Assembly: GCA_036787145.1 (NCBI GenBank)
Contig: DAIQPV010000002.1
Location: 1-33,514, forward strand
Source: Rhodospirillales bacterium
GTDB lineage: Bacteria > Pseudomonadota > Alphaproteobacteria > Rhodospirillales > Defluviicoccaceae
Length of the DNA: 33,514 bases
Reading direction: 5' to 3'
The translations under genes were made by a program, and so were the position numbers. The notes beneath the pieces were generated by a model. The model made no database searches. It saw only the letters and a program-made list of their open reading frames with translations, and was not told where the DNA came from. Below are positions 9,563 to 18,801 of this stretch, in pieces (positions within the stretch are counted from its first letter, which is position 1; every line of letters starts with the position of its first letter).

Positions 9563-10138
9563 TCAGGCGTGTCCTGCCGCACCCGAAAGCATGCGCGGAT
9601 CAATCCCGATCTTCTCCATCGCCCTGTCCCATTTCGATTCCAGGTCGGCATCAAAGACGAGGTGCTCGTCCGCAGCGACGCTCAGCCAGCCGTTCGCCCG
9701 GATCTCGCCGTCCAGTTGACCGGGCCCCCACCCGGCATACCCTAACGCCAGGAGATGGTGGCGAGGTCCTTCGCCCGCGGCTATTGCCCGCAGAATATCG
9801 ACCGTCGCCGTCAACGAGACGTCGTCGGCAACGCTCAATGTTCCATCCTGGCGATAGTCGGGCGAGTGCAGAACGAACCCTCTGCCGGTCTCGACCGGAC
9901 CGCCGAAATGAATGGCAACCGCCGGTCTCAGGTCCGTCCCCTCGATTCCGAGCTGTTCCAACAGCTCGTCGAAGGTCAGGGAGTCGAGGGCCCGGTTGAT
10001 CACCAACCCCATCGCCCCTTCGGCGCTGTGAGCGCATATGTAGACGACGGTTCGCGCGAAACGCGGATCGCGCATTCCAGGCATTGCAATCAGCAGGTGA
10101 CCGACCAGGTAGCAATCGAGGTCTTGAGCATGCACCAT
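9563..10138 (-). CDS. YqgE/AlgH (UPF0301) family protein
   Basis: [14 protein letters not shown]...[32 protein letters not shown]...N.WL, C-terminal AGHA. Start trimmed to ATG 10138. Confidence 0.93.
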   Translation of the reverse strand: MVHAQDLDCYLVGHLLIAMPGMRDPRFARTVVYICAHSAEGAMGLVINRALDSLTFDELLEQLGIEGTDLRPAVAIHFGGPVETGRGFVLHSPDYRQDGTLSVADDVSLTATVDILRAIAAGEGPRHHLLALGYAGWGPGQLDGEIRANGWLSVAADEHLVFDADLESKWDRAMEKIGIDPRMLSGAAGHA

Positions 10139-10388
10139 GCGACGTTCCGTCAGAATTGGAATGACCTTGCGCTTAAGGCTAGCATAGCCGCTGGCAGCGA
10201 CGTCCATCAAGGCGGCGCTCGTCCGGAGCAGCACCCGCCAAACTGCCGCCGGGCCGCTCAACTGTCTGTGAACCGCCCCGGCTTGTCGGGCAACTGCATT
10301 TGCGTGCACACTCTCCCGCACGACGCGATGCCGCTTCGAATTTGCGAATACTGAGAATTGACTGCATGCCGTGGACGCTGAAAGCTGA

Positions 10389-12506
10389 ATGACCGCTAAG
10401 CATATGGTCGCAGTCCTTGTTGTCGCGCTGCTGATCCCGATCGCTCTTGCAAGTTCCGTTCCTGCCGCGACGCCGGCAATATCAAGCGCGTCTTCTTCGT
10501 GGGCTGAGACCGAGCACGGAGGCGTTCGCCTGATCGCGGCCGTGACGGGCGTCGGAGAGGACGCAACGGTCCCCCTCGGCCTGGAATTTCGCATGGCGCC
10601 GGGATGGCACATCTACTGGCGCTCCCCCGGCGACGCGGGCTACCCCCCGCGAGCAGAGTGGGTTGGATCACGCAACCTTCAGTCCGCAGAACTTCGCTGG
10701 CCCGCGCCCCATCGCTTTGCCGTCCTGGACCTTCAAACCATCGGTTATTCAGACACGGTGATCTTGCCGGTGGAGGCGAGACTGCAGACGGCCGGCGAGG
10801 CGGTGGCCCTGCGGGCAACCGTCGATTACCTGACATGCGCCGACATTTGCGTGCCGTACGTCGCCGAGCTGGCCCTCGATCTGCCGGCCGGCCCCGCAGC
10901 CGCAAGCGCTCACGCGCATGACATCGCGCGCGCTAGCGCACAGGTGCCTGGCGAGGGACTGGCGCACCGGCTGACGGTCGAACGCGCTGCCGTGGAGCCG
11001 GCCCCCGGCGGCCCGCTGCTTGCCGTTTCGGTCTGCGCGGAGGAGCCGCTGGAGGCGCCGGACGTGTTTATCGAGGCTCCCCCGCCCCTCGTGTTCGGCG
11101 CGCCTCGGACCCATTTTGCCGCTGACCGCCTTTCGGCCGTCTTTCGCGTCGATATCGGCAATATCGACGAGCTGAGCGCGCCACTCGTCGGCATGCCGGC
11201 CACGGTGACGGTAGTGGATGGCGCGCGCGCCGCCGAGCAGGCGGTCGTCCTGGCCTCCGGCGGGCCGGCGGCGGAGCCTTCGCGTGGCTACATCGCCATT
11301 CTGGCGCTGGCGCTGCTGGGCGGACTGGTGCTCAACCTCATGCCCTGCGTGCTGCCGGTTCTCTCGATGAAGCTGCTCGCGGTGGTGAGCCATGGAGGCG
11401 GCGACAGACGGCACGTTCGCATCGGTTTCATCGCGACGGCACTCGGCATTCTCTTCTCATTCATGCTGCTGGCCGGGGCCTTGATCGCGCTGAAGGCGAC
11501 CGGTGCGGCCGTCGGCTGGGGCCTGCAATTTCAGCAGCCGTGGTTTCTGGTTGCGATGATCCTCGTCGTCACTCTGTTCGCGGCCAATCTGTGGGGTCTG
11601 TTCGAAGTTCCCCTGCCGCGGCTGTTCGGAGTGGCGTCCGAGCAGACCTCGCGAATGCGCGGTCTTGTCGGCCACTTTCTGACGGGCGCGCTGGCAACGC
11701 TGCTGGCGACGCCCTGCTCGGCGCCCTTTCTTGGCACGGCGATTGGTTTTGCCCTGGCCCGCGGCCCCGCCGAGATCACGCTTGTCTTTGCGGCAATTGC
11801 CTTCGGTCTCGCCCTTCCCTACCTCTCCGTCGCGGTCTTTCCGGGCCTCGCCACCGCGTTGCCGAAACCCGGGCGCTGGATGGTCTGGCTGCGGCGCGTG
11901 TTGTCTCTGACGCTCATCGCCACCGCGATCTGGCTGACTTGGGTTTTGGCCGGCAGCGTTGGCTGGCCGTCGGCGCTCACGGTCGCGGCTCTGGTCTCCG
12001 CAATCGTGCTCCTGCTCGTCTTCCGGCGTCGCATGCCCCCGCCCCTTCGCCGGGCCGGCCTGGCCGCCATGATGGCGCTGGCGGTCGCCGCTTTCCTCGT
12101 GCCGCCTGATCCCACCGCCGGGGCGCGCCTGCCCGGACGAGTTTCCGGGGAAGCGGCAAACTGGCAGCCCTTCGATCCCGCCCGGATCGCCGAAGTCGTC
12201 GCCGGCGGCGGCACCGTCTGGGTGAATGTCACAGCCGACTGGTGTCTCACCTGCAAGGTGAACGAACGCTTCGTCCTCAACCGGGATCCGGTCGCTGGCC
12301 GCCTGGCAGGAGACGATGTCATCGCCATGCGCGGCGACTGGACCCAGCCGGACGCTGCGATTGCCCACTATCTCGCCGGTTTTGGCCGCTACGGAATTCC
12401 GTTTGACGCGGTTTACGGACCGGCCATACCAACCGGCGAAGCGTTGCCGGAACTGCTGACCGAGAGCGCTGTCCTGTCGGCACTCGATCGCGCCGGGTCG
12501 CGCTGA
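10389..12506 (+). CDS. dsbD: Protein-disulfide reductase, DsbD family (ScsB-type: N-terminal periplasmic domain, membrane domain, thioredoxin domain)
   Basis: Signal-like N-terminus, [27 protein letters not shown] and ATPCSAPF membrane cysteines, ADWCLTC thioredoxin motif. Confidence 0.92.
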   Translation: MTAKHMVAVLVVALLIPIALASSVPAATPAISSASSSWAETEHGGVRLIAAVTGVGEDATVPLGLEFRMAPGWHIYWRSPGDAGYPPRAEWVGSRNLQSAELRWPAPHRFAVLDLQTIGYSDTVILPVEARLQTAGEAVALRATVDYLTCADICVPYVAELALDLPAGPAAASAHAHDIARASAQVPGEGLAHRLTVERAAVEPAPGGPLLAVSVCAEEPLEAPDVFIEAPPPLVFGAPRTHFAADRLSAVFRVDIGNIDELSAPLVGMPATVTVVDGARAAEQAVVLASGGPAAEPSRGYIAILALALLGGLVLNLMPCVLPVLSMKLLAVVSHGGGDRRHVRIGFIATALGILFSFMLLAGALIALKATGAAVGWGLQFQQPWFLVAMILVVTLFAANLWGLFEVPLPRLFGVASEQTSRMRGLVGHFLTGALATLLATPCSAPFLGTAIGFALARGPAEITLVFAAIAFGLALPYLSVAVFPGLATALPKPGRWMVWLRRVLSLTLIATAIWLTWVLAGSVGWPSALTVAALVSAIVLLLVFRRRMPPPLRRAGLAAMMALAVAAFLVPPDPTAGARLPGRVSGEAANWQPFDPARIAEVVAGGGTVWVNVTADWCLTCKVNERFVLNRDPVAGRLAGDDVIAMRGDWTQPDAAIAHYLAGFGRYGIPFDAVYGPAIPTGEALPELLTESAVLSALDRAGSR

Positions 12507-12615
12507 TTGTAGCGCTGCGTTGCGCTTTGTAATCGGAGAGCGGCGCAACCATGTTAGCGCCGGAAGGCGAGCCATCGAGCGCCTTCGTCAAAATCCTCGA
12601 GGGAAAGGGGCGGAA

Positions 12616-13095
12616 ATGACAATCGCTGTCGGCGACAGGATCCCTTCGGTCACGGTGATGCGTTGGAGCGAAAATGGCCCGGAAGCCATCTCCACGGACG
12701 ACCTGTTCAGGGGAAAGAAGGTGGCCTTCTTCGGTGTGCCGGGCGCGTTCACGCCGACGTGTTCAGCAAAGCATCTGCCCGGCTTCGTGCAGAGCGCGGA
12801 CGCCTTGAAGGCGAAGGGCGTTGACGCGATTGTCTGCACATCGGTCAACGACGCGTTCGTCATGAACGCCTGGGGAAAGGACCAGGGGTGCGGCGAGACG
12901 GTCGCGCTGGTGGCGGACGGCGACGCGGCCTTCACCAAGGCCGCCGGACTGCAGCTGGATCTGACCGGGAAGGGACTTGGGTTACGCAACCAGCGCTTTT
13001 CCATGCTGGTTGACGATGGCGTGGTGAAGGTGCTGAACATCGATGCCTCGGGCTTCGACAAGACCAGCGCCGAGACCCTGCTCTCGCAGATTTAG
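12616..13095 (+). CDS. Peroxiredoxin, Prx5 (redoxin) type
   Basis: PGAFTPTCS..HLPG, SVND.FVM.AW, RFSMLVDDG; purine-rich RBS before ATG 12616. Confidence 0.95.
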   Translation: MTIAVGDRIPSVTVMRWSENGPEAISTDDLFRGKKVAFFGVPGAFTPTCSAKHLPGFVQSADALKAKGVDAIVCTSVNDAFVMNAWGKDQGCGETVALVADGDAAFTKAAGLQLDLTGKGLGLRNQRFSMLVDDGVVKVLNIDASGFDKTSAETLLSQI

Positions 13096-13110
13096 CTCCA
13101 CGCGACGCAG

Positions 13111-13135
13111 GCGGCGCGCTTTCGCGGTGCGCCGC
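13111..13135. terminator. Possible terminator hairpin between convergent peroxiredoxin and hemerythrin genes
   Basis: GCGGCGCGC-tttcgcg-GTGCGCCGC stem with one G-U pair, about 15 nt after the peroxiredoxin stop; weak U-tract. Confidence 0.3.
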
Positions 13136-13171
13136 GCTTATCCCATTCCCACTACGCCCGCTTCCGGCTCG

Positions 13172-13636
13172 TTACTGCCGAAGGAGCTCACCAGGCTCGG
13201 GCACCACCGGTTCGCATTCTCCGTCGGCCATCCAGGCGTCAAGATCAGGGGTCCCCACGACGTAGGGTTTGTAGGCCATGTCCTGGATCAGGATGTGATG
13301 AAGGAGCCAGGCTTGCAGATACTCCAGCAGGTCCCGGGCATCCGCGCGGCCCGCCCCGCCCGCGCCCCTGGCGGCAACAGACTGGCGAAATCCTTCGTGC
13401 TCGTGCCGATGGAACGCAAACGAGGGAAAGCCGCACGCCTGCATGATCCGCTCCTCACGAGCGAAATGGTAGCGGCAGTAGAGGTCGAGCGTCTCCAGCA
13501 CAATGCCGATGACGCGCTCCACATCGCTTCCTTCCGCATCCTCGAGGAGGTTGATAATGCGGATGAGGCAACGATGATCGGCGTCCAAAGCAGGCATACC
13601 CACGCTCATTGCCTCGTTCCATACGAAGCTGCTCAT
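13172..13636 (-). CDS. Bacteriohemerythrin (single domain)
   Basis: W...MSVG...LD.DH, HF.REE, H...H, WLLHHI...D di-iron ligand pattern; GGGAG RBS before ATG 13636. Confidence 0.9.
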   Translation of the reverse strand: MSSFVWNEAMSVGMPALDADHRCLIRIINLLEDAEGSDVERVIGIVLETLDLYCRYHFAREERIMQACGFPSFAFHRHEHEGFRQSVAARGAGGAGRADARDLLEYLQAWLLHHILIQDMAYKPYVVGTPDLDAWMADGECEPVVPEPGELLRQ

Positions 13637-13772
13637 TATCACTCCCTGCTTCCAACCGTCCAAATTATGCAGCCGGTTCTGGCGCAAGACAACCGGCGAT
13701 CCCCAACCGCGGCGATTCCTCAAGAGACCTTTTCTCTCCTATGGCGAGAGCGCTCTTTTCATCCTCGCCAGC

Positions 13773-14678
13773 TTATTCCGCCCGTTGCTGCAGCCTTGCC
13801 CTCAGCCGCACCGCCGCAAAATCGAGGAAAGCCCGCACCTTGAGCGGCAGGAGCCGCCCCCCCGGATAAACCAGGCTGACTGGCCAGGGCTCAGGTTCGA
13901 ACTCCTCCAGGACAACGGCAAGCAGGCCCGCCGCCTGCGCATCGGCAATCTGGTAGGAGAGCACGCGGCTGATCCCGAGCCCCGCGATCGCCGCATCGAT
14001 CGCAGCCTCGGCGGTGTTTACCACCAGCCGGGAGCGAATCGACACGCGCGCCTCGCCCCCTGCGATCGCGAACGTCCAGGCATCGGGCGCAACCAGGGTT
14101 TCGAAACTGATACAATCGTGCCCTCCAAGCTGCTGAAGATCCCGGGGCACGCCGCGCCCGGCGAAATAGGACGGACTTCCGCAGACAACACGACGGACAG
14201 CCCCGAGGCGGATGGCCATCAGGCTGCTGTCGGGGAGCGCGCCGATGCGCAGCGCGAGGTCGACGTTGTCCTCAAGAAGATTAGCAACGCGGTCCGACAG
14301 CATGATCCGGATATCGATCTCCGGATAAGCCCCGAGGAACTCCGTGACCACCGGCAATAGGTGCAGACGGCCGAACACGATCGGGGCGGTCAGAACCAGC
14401 TCGCCTTTCGGTGCCCGGTACTCCCCCGACGCGGCTCTCTCCGCCTCGCTCAGTTCCTCAAGGATACGCTTGCACGCGAGGATGTATGAGCGACCGGCCT
14501 CCGTCAACGCCAGAACGCGGCTGGACCGGTTGAGGAGGCGCGTTCCCAGATGGGCCTCCAACTCCGCGACTTTGCGGCTCACCGTGGCGAGCGGCATGCC
14601 GAGGCGGCGCGCTGCCGCCGAAAAGCTGCCGGCTTCGACCGCGCTCACAAAGACCGACATCGATCGGAAGCGATCCAT
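13773..14678 (-). CDS. LysR family transcriptional regulator
   Basis: N-terminal HTH GSFSAAARRLG...TVSR.V.ELE..LG.RLL.R; substrate-binding domain with DLALRIG. Confidence 0.95.
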   Translation of the reverse strand: MDRFRSMSVFVSAVEAGSFSAAARRLGMPLATVSRKVAELEAHLGTRLLNRSSRVLALTEAGRSYILACKRILEELSEAERAASGEYRAPKGELVLTAPIVFGRLHLLPVVTEFLGAYPEIDIRIMLSDRVANLLEDNVDLALRIGALPDSSLMAIRLGAVRRVVCGSPSYFAGRGVPRDLQQLGGHDCISFETLVAPDAWTFAIAGGEARVSIRSRLVVNTAEAAIDAAIAGLGISRVLSYQIADAQAAGLLAVVLEEFEPEPWPVSLVYPGGRLLPLKVRAFLDFAAVRLRARLQQRAE

Positions 14679-14693
14679 TTCCAAATTCCGGAA
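14679..14693. promoter_or_regulatory. LysR recognition box (T-N11-A dyad)
   Basis: TTCC-aaattcc-GGAA dyad directly abutting the lysR start codon in the divergent spacer. Confidence 0.55.
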
Positions 14694-14798
14694 GGGATAC
14701 TCCCGATAATACGGTCTTATTCTATTTTTCGGTAGGACCTAACTTTCAGGCCATCGGCCGACGAGCCGCTAACCAGCACCCCACCCAGGATAGCCGTC

Positions 14799-15446
14799 AT
14801 GGAGCGCCTTCCCGACTATTCCAGCGATATCGCGTTCACACCCTCGGTCAAGGCGATACAGGCGCGCAAAGGCTCCCGCCGCTCCTACGGACTCATGGAG
14901 GCGAAAGGCTCGTGGGAGACCCGGATCACGCCCGACCTCGCCGCATTCATCCAGAGCCAGACGAGCGTTTTTCTCGCGACCGCGAACGCGGCGGGGCAGC
15001 CCTATATCCAGCATCGCGGCGGCCCGCCGGGCTTCCTGCGCGTCCTCGACGACAAGACCATCGGCTTCGTCGATTTCGCCGGCAACCGCCAGTACATCAC
15101 GCAAGGTAATCTTATCGACAATCCGAAGGCGCATCTCTTCCTGATCGACTATGTTCACCGGCGACGCATCAAGATCTGGGGCGAGGCGCGCATCATCGAG
15201 GGGGATTTAGGGCTGATCGCCAGGCTGAGACCCGAAGGCTACGCGGCCCGCCCCGAGCAGGTTCTTCTGTTCACAGTTGCCGCCTGGGACGCCAACTGCC
15301 CCCAGCATATCCCGCAACGGTTCGAGGCCGCCGACGTCGCCGCGGCTCTCGCTGAGCGCGACGCCCGCATCGCAGAACTGGATGCGGAGGTCGCGGAACT
15401 GCGGGCCGAAACGCACAACACAGCTGACGTCGAGCCGCCCCGCTGA
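14799..15446 (+). CDS. Pyridoxamine 5'-phosphate oxidase family flavin-binding protein
   Basis: AFTPSVKA.Q.R.GSR, FLATA...GQPYIQHRGGPPGFL, GNRQYI..GN, WD.NCPQHI; coiled-coil-like tail. Confidence 0.88.
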   Translation: MERLPDYSSDIAFTPSVKAIQARKGSRRSYGLMEAKGSWETRITPDLAAFIQSQTSVFLATANAAGQPYIQHRGGPPGFLRVLDDKTIGFVDFAGNRQYITQGNLIDNPKAHLFLIDYVHRRRIKIWGEARIIEGDLGLIARLRPEGYAARPEQVLLFTVAAWDANCPQHIPQRFEAADVAAALAERDARIAELDAEVAELRAETHNTADVEPPR

Positions 15447-15475
15447 AGACGGGCTCCGTGTCCGGTTTGAGCAGA

Positions 15476-17230
15476 TCAGTGCGGCGGCTTGCCGGACACC
15501 ATGCTGCAGATCCGCTTTGCGAGTCCGTAGCCGCCGTAGAGATTGCGGACGTCGGTCCAGCCCTTGTTCAGGAGGATCTGCTGGGCTACGTAGCTCCGGT
15601 ATCCGGTGCCGCACTGCAGGACCACGGGCCGGTCGGTTGGGATTTCAGCGAGGCGGTCCCGGAGCTCATCGAGCGGAATATTGACCGCCCCCTCCAGGCA
15701 CCCCTCGTCGAATTCGCGCCGTGTCCGGACATCGACAAGAAGCGGCGGTCTCTCTCCGGACATCTCGTCGAAGGCCGAGAGCGGCGATGCCCCGGGACTT
15801 GTCCCACGCCAGGCGTTTGCAGCAACGAACCCGGCCATCACGGCGACGTCCTTGGCGGAACCGAAGGGCGGCGCGTAACAGAGGTCCAGATGTTCCAGGT
15901 CCTCGACCGTCATCTCCCCCTGGATGGCAGTGGCGAGAACGTCGAGGCGCTTGTCCACGCCGTCCTGACCGACCGCCTGCGCACCCAGCAGCCGGCCGCT
16001 GGCCGGGGCATAGAGCAGCTTCAGCAACATCAGCTTGGCGTCCGGATAATAGCCGGCATGGTTGGGGCCGATGACGTAAGCGCTGCAAACGTCGATGCCG
16101 GCGCGCTTGGCCATTTTTCCGGTCAATCCCGTTCCGCCGGCAACGACCTTCCCGACCCGGACGATGGCCGTGCCAAGAACACCACGCATGGCAAGGCGTC
16201 GGGCGTCGTCCCGTTCCGCGCCGATCAGATCAAGCGCGGCGTTCTGGCCGGCGATCCGTCCCTGCTTGTTCGCGGGTCCCGCGAGCGGGATGTTGACGGG
16301 TTTCCCGGTCGGCAGAAAGACGGCCTCGCAATTGTCGCCGGCGGCGAAGATCGCCGGGTCTGAGGTCCGCTGCCACGCGTCCACCGCAATCGCTCCGGTT
16401 TCGCCGAGGCTTAACTCCGCTGATTTGGCCAGTTCCACGTTGGGCCGAACGCCGGTACCGACGACGGCGATGTCAAACGTCACCCTCCTGCCGCTCTTCA
16501 GGACGGCCGTGGACCGGTTGCCCATGGGCTCGATGCCGGCAACGCTGTCGTTGAGGACGACAACGGCGCCGGTGTCCTGCAGTTCGAGTTGCACCGGGTG
16601 CGCGATCTCAAGGTCCAGGGGGCCCATCAACTGATCCTTGGCCTCGACCACGGTCGTTCGGAATCCCCGGCGCATGAACTGTTCGGCGCATTCGAGGCCG
16701 ATGTACCCGCCGCCGATGATCAGCGCCTGGAAGCCTGCGTCCTTGACGTTGAGGAAGTGTCCGCCTTCCATCTCGCGGGGAAGCAGATGCGAAAGCCGCT
16801 CCATGATCGCGTCGACATCGGGGACCGTGCGGCAGTAGTGAACGTTGGCACCGTCGAGGCCGGCTATGGGCGGCACGATTGGCACGGTACCCGTCGCCAG
16901 GATCAACCGGTCGTAGGCGAGCGTGCCGGTGACGCCATCTGCCCCGACGAACGCAACTTTCCGCTCGCTGGCGGAGATGCTCAGAGCCTTTGTGTTCAAA
17001 CGGACGTCGATGCGAAAATAGTCGTGAAATCGCGTCGGATTGGCGACGAAGAGCGCGTCCCGTGAGGCGATCTCGCCGCCGAGATAGTACGGCAGTCCGC
17101 AGTTGGCATAGCTCATGTAGGGACCGCTCTCGAGCACGACGATCTCCGCCTGCTCATTCGTCCGTCGCGCCTTTGCAGCTGCCGACGCGCCGGCAGCGAC
17201 GCCACCGACGATCACAATCCTGCCTGTCAC
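15476..17230 (-). CDS. CoA-disulfide reductase-rhodanese fusion (CoADR-RHD / NADH-dependent persulfide reductase-like)
   Basis: GGVAAGAS FAD site, SYANCGLPY redox Cys, GGGYIGLE NAD site, AGD, LCYAPPF; C-terminal rhodanese domain DVR...EF..G...GA.NIP...CGTGYRS. GTG start at 17230. Confidence 0.9.
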   Translation of the reverse strand: MTGRIVIVGGVAAGASAAAKARRTNEQAEIVVLESGPYMSYANCGLPYYLGGEIASRDALFVANPTRFHDYFRIDVRLNTKALSISASERKVAFVGADGVTGTLAYDRLILATGTVPIVPPIAGLDGANVHYCRTVPDVDAIMERLSHLLPREMEGGHFLNVKDAGFQALIIGGGYIGLECAEQFMRRGFRTTVVEAKDQLMGPLDLEIAHPVQLELQDTGAVVVLNDSVAGIEPMGNRSTAVLKSGRRVTFDIAVVGTGVRPNVELAKSAELSLGETGAIAVDAWQRTSDPAIFAAGDNCEAVFLPTGKPVNIPLAGPANKQGRIAGQNAALDLIGAERDDARRLAMRGVLGTAIVRVGKVVAGGTGLTGKMAKRAGIDVCSAYVIGPNHAGYYPDAKLMLLKLLYAPASGRLLGAQAVGQDGVDKRLDVLATAIQGEMTVEDLEHLDLCYAPPFGSAKDVAVMAGFVAANAWRGTSPGASPLSAFDEMSGERPPLLVDVRTRREFDEGCLEGAVNIPLDELRDRLAEIPTDRPVVLQCGTGYRSYVAQQILLNKGWTDVRNLYGGYGLAKRICSMVSGKPPH

Positions 17231-17267
17231 AGGGATACCTTTCGTTTTGGAGCAGCCCAACCCCGAT

Positions 17268-17726
17268 TCATGCACGGCTTGACCCCGACGAGGGTTGGAT
17301 GCCTGGGCGTTCGATCAGAACGCGGTGAAGGACCATGCCGGCGAGCATCGCACCGACGAAGAGCCAGGTTTGGCCAAGCCCGAGACCCAAACCGGCAATG
17401 GCGGGTCCGGGACAGTAACCGACCAGTCCCCAGCCCAGCCCGAACATCCCAGCTCCGGCGATGAGCCGGCAATTAATCGAGCGACTGCCCGGCAGGGCGA
17501 AGCCCGGCGCGAACAGAGGCGCCCGGCGGCGAAAAATCAGCGCGTACCCGACTGTCGTAATGAGCACCGCCGCGGCCATGACAAAGGCGAGCGCCGGATT
17601 CCAGCCACCCTCGGCAATCGCCGCGACATCGAGAAAGGCGAGAACCACGGCCGGATCAATCATTCCGGAGAGGCTGAGACCGGCGCCGAACAGCAGGCCG
17701 GCGCCCAGGGCAGCAACCACGCGCAT
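17268..17726 (-). CDS. YeeE/YedE family sulfur transporter subunit
   Basis: LFG.GL.LSGM.DP..V..FLD, W.P.L.FVM, FGLGWGL.GYCPGP with conserved Cys. Confidence 0.9.
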   Translation of the reverse strand: MRVVAALGAGLLFGAGLSLSGMIDPAVVLAFLDVAAIAEGGWNPALAFVMAAAVLITTVGYALIFRRRAPLFAPGFALPGSRSINCRLIAGAGMFGLGWGLVGYCPGPAIAGLGLGLGQTWLFVGAMLAGMVLHRVLIERPGIQPSSGSSRA

Positions 17727-17729
17727 GCC

Positions 17730-18140
17730 TTATTCTCCAGACACGTGACGCGTCACGAAGACGACGGCGATGCCAACCGCCATGAACGTCAGCGTCGCCG
17801 CTAGGGATCGCGGTGACTGGCGCGCCAACCCGCAAACACCATGGCCGCTGGTGCAGCCGTTGCCAAGCCGCGAGCCGAAGCCGACCAGTAGCCCGGCAAC
17901 AACAACTACCGGGGCGGATGCCTTGACTGTAATCTCCGGCAGCGGCGCGCCGCAGAGGGCCGCAGCAAATGGGCCGGCGATCAGCCCGGCGACAAAGGCC
18001 AGTCGCCACCCCCTCCCGCCGGGGCCGGCGCCCGCGAGGCCGCCGACGATACCGGCAATGCCGGCGATGCGCCCAACGGCCAGCATCAACAGGACCGCGG
18101 CAAGCCCGATCAGAAGTCCTCCAGCAAACGCAACCACCAC
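17730..18140 (-). CDS. YeeE/YedE family sulfur transporter subunit
   Basis: [43 protein letters not shown] upstream; an in-frame stop limits the start to CTG 18149 or GTG 18140. Confidence 0.9.
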   Translation of the reverse strand: MVVAFAGGLLIGLAAVLLMLAVGRIAGIAGIVGGLAGAGPGGRGWRLAFVAGLIAGPFAAALCGAPLPEITVKASAPVVVVAGLLVGFGSRLGNGCTSGHGVCGLARQSPRSLAATLTFMAVGIAVVFVTRHVSGE

Positions 18141-18279
18141 GGCCTTCAGTGCCTCCTCTGCCGGACGTCAGACCGTTGCGCCGGAGAAATGTCGCGACCG
18201 GCGGATATGGCCGAACCGACACTTCTCCGCCCGCCCGGCCTCAACGGCGCATGATCGACGGGGGCTCGCCGGCGATGGC

Positions 18280-18660
18280 TCAGACGCGCAGGCGAAACTC
18301 GCTGATCGTTTCGTCCACCCGATCCCGCAACACTTTGAGGAACTGGTCAACGGTCTCGAAGGTCGCGTGGTCGATGCCGTATGCCGCCAGCAAATCTTCC
18401 TTTGCATCGCGGAACCGACCTTCCGGTTCGCCCGGCTTCGATCGCAAGAGCTGGCCCAATTCGCTTTCTTCGCGGAACAGCGCGTTCAGTTCCGGATCAT
18501 CCGATGGCAAGGCCCTTAACCGGTCGGCAAGTTGGAAGAGAGCCTTCTGGCTCTTTTCGATCCGCGGATCGTCCGGATCAGCCAGCACCATCTCCGCTCG
18601 GTTGTCCGCCGCCGTCTCGATCTCCGTGATCAACGCGGTCTTCCAGGTCTCGAATTGCAT
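18280..18660 (-). CDS. Hypothetical acidic, helical-looking protein (126 aa)
   Basis: Strong RBS GAGGAGG before ATG, fills an otherwise empty slot, protein-like composition; no family recognised. Confidence 0.75.
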   Translation of the reverse strand: MQFETWKTALITEIETAADNRAEMVLADPDDPRIEKSQKALFQLADRLRALPSDDPELNALFREESELGQLLRSKPGEPEGRFRDAKEDLLAAYGIDHATFETVDQFLKVLRDRVDETISEFRLRV

Positions 18661-18725
18661 CAGCTTTCCTCCTCTTCGGGTGGCTTACTGTCATCTCGCG
18701 GAGTCCAACTTCCTCGGCGACAGGA

Positions 18726-18778
18726 AAACAGGCATTCTTGATACCTGCTTATTAAGCTGGTACACCAAATACCTGTTT
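18726..18778. promoter_or_regulatory. Two tandem imperfect palindromes, putative Rrf2 operators
   Basis: AAACAGGCAT-tcttg-ATACCTGCTT (18726-18750) and AAGCTGGTAC-accaa-ATACCTGTTT (18754-18778); geometry resembles NsrR-type boxes; located in the divergent spacer. Confidence 0.7.
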
Positions 18779-18801
18779 CTGGCAAGAGGGAGTTCACGTC
18801 C

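Noticed and set aside
9235..9745. Several ORFs crossing the hisG-yqgE spacer
   Set aside because: No protein-like motifs, partial overlap with yqgE, and the region is better explained as non-coding DNA with DnaA boxes.
10139..10612. 158-aa N-terminal extension of the YqgE/AlgH ORF
   Set aside because: Overlaps the dsbD start on the opposite strand; family similarity begins only after ATG 10138.
11733..11748. Sigma-54-like TGGCAC motif
   Set aside because: Inside the dsbD coding region and lacks the -12 GC.
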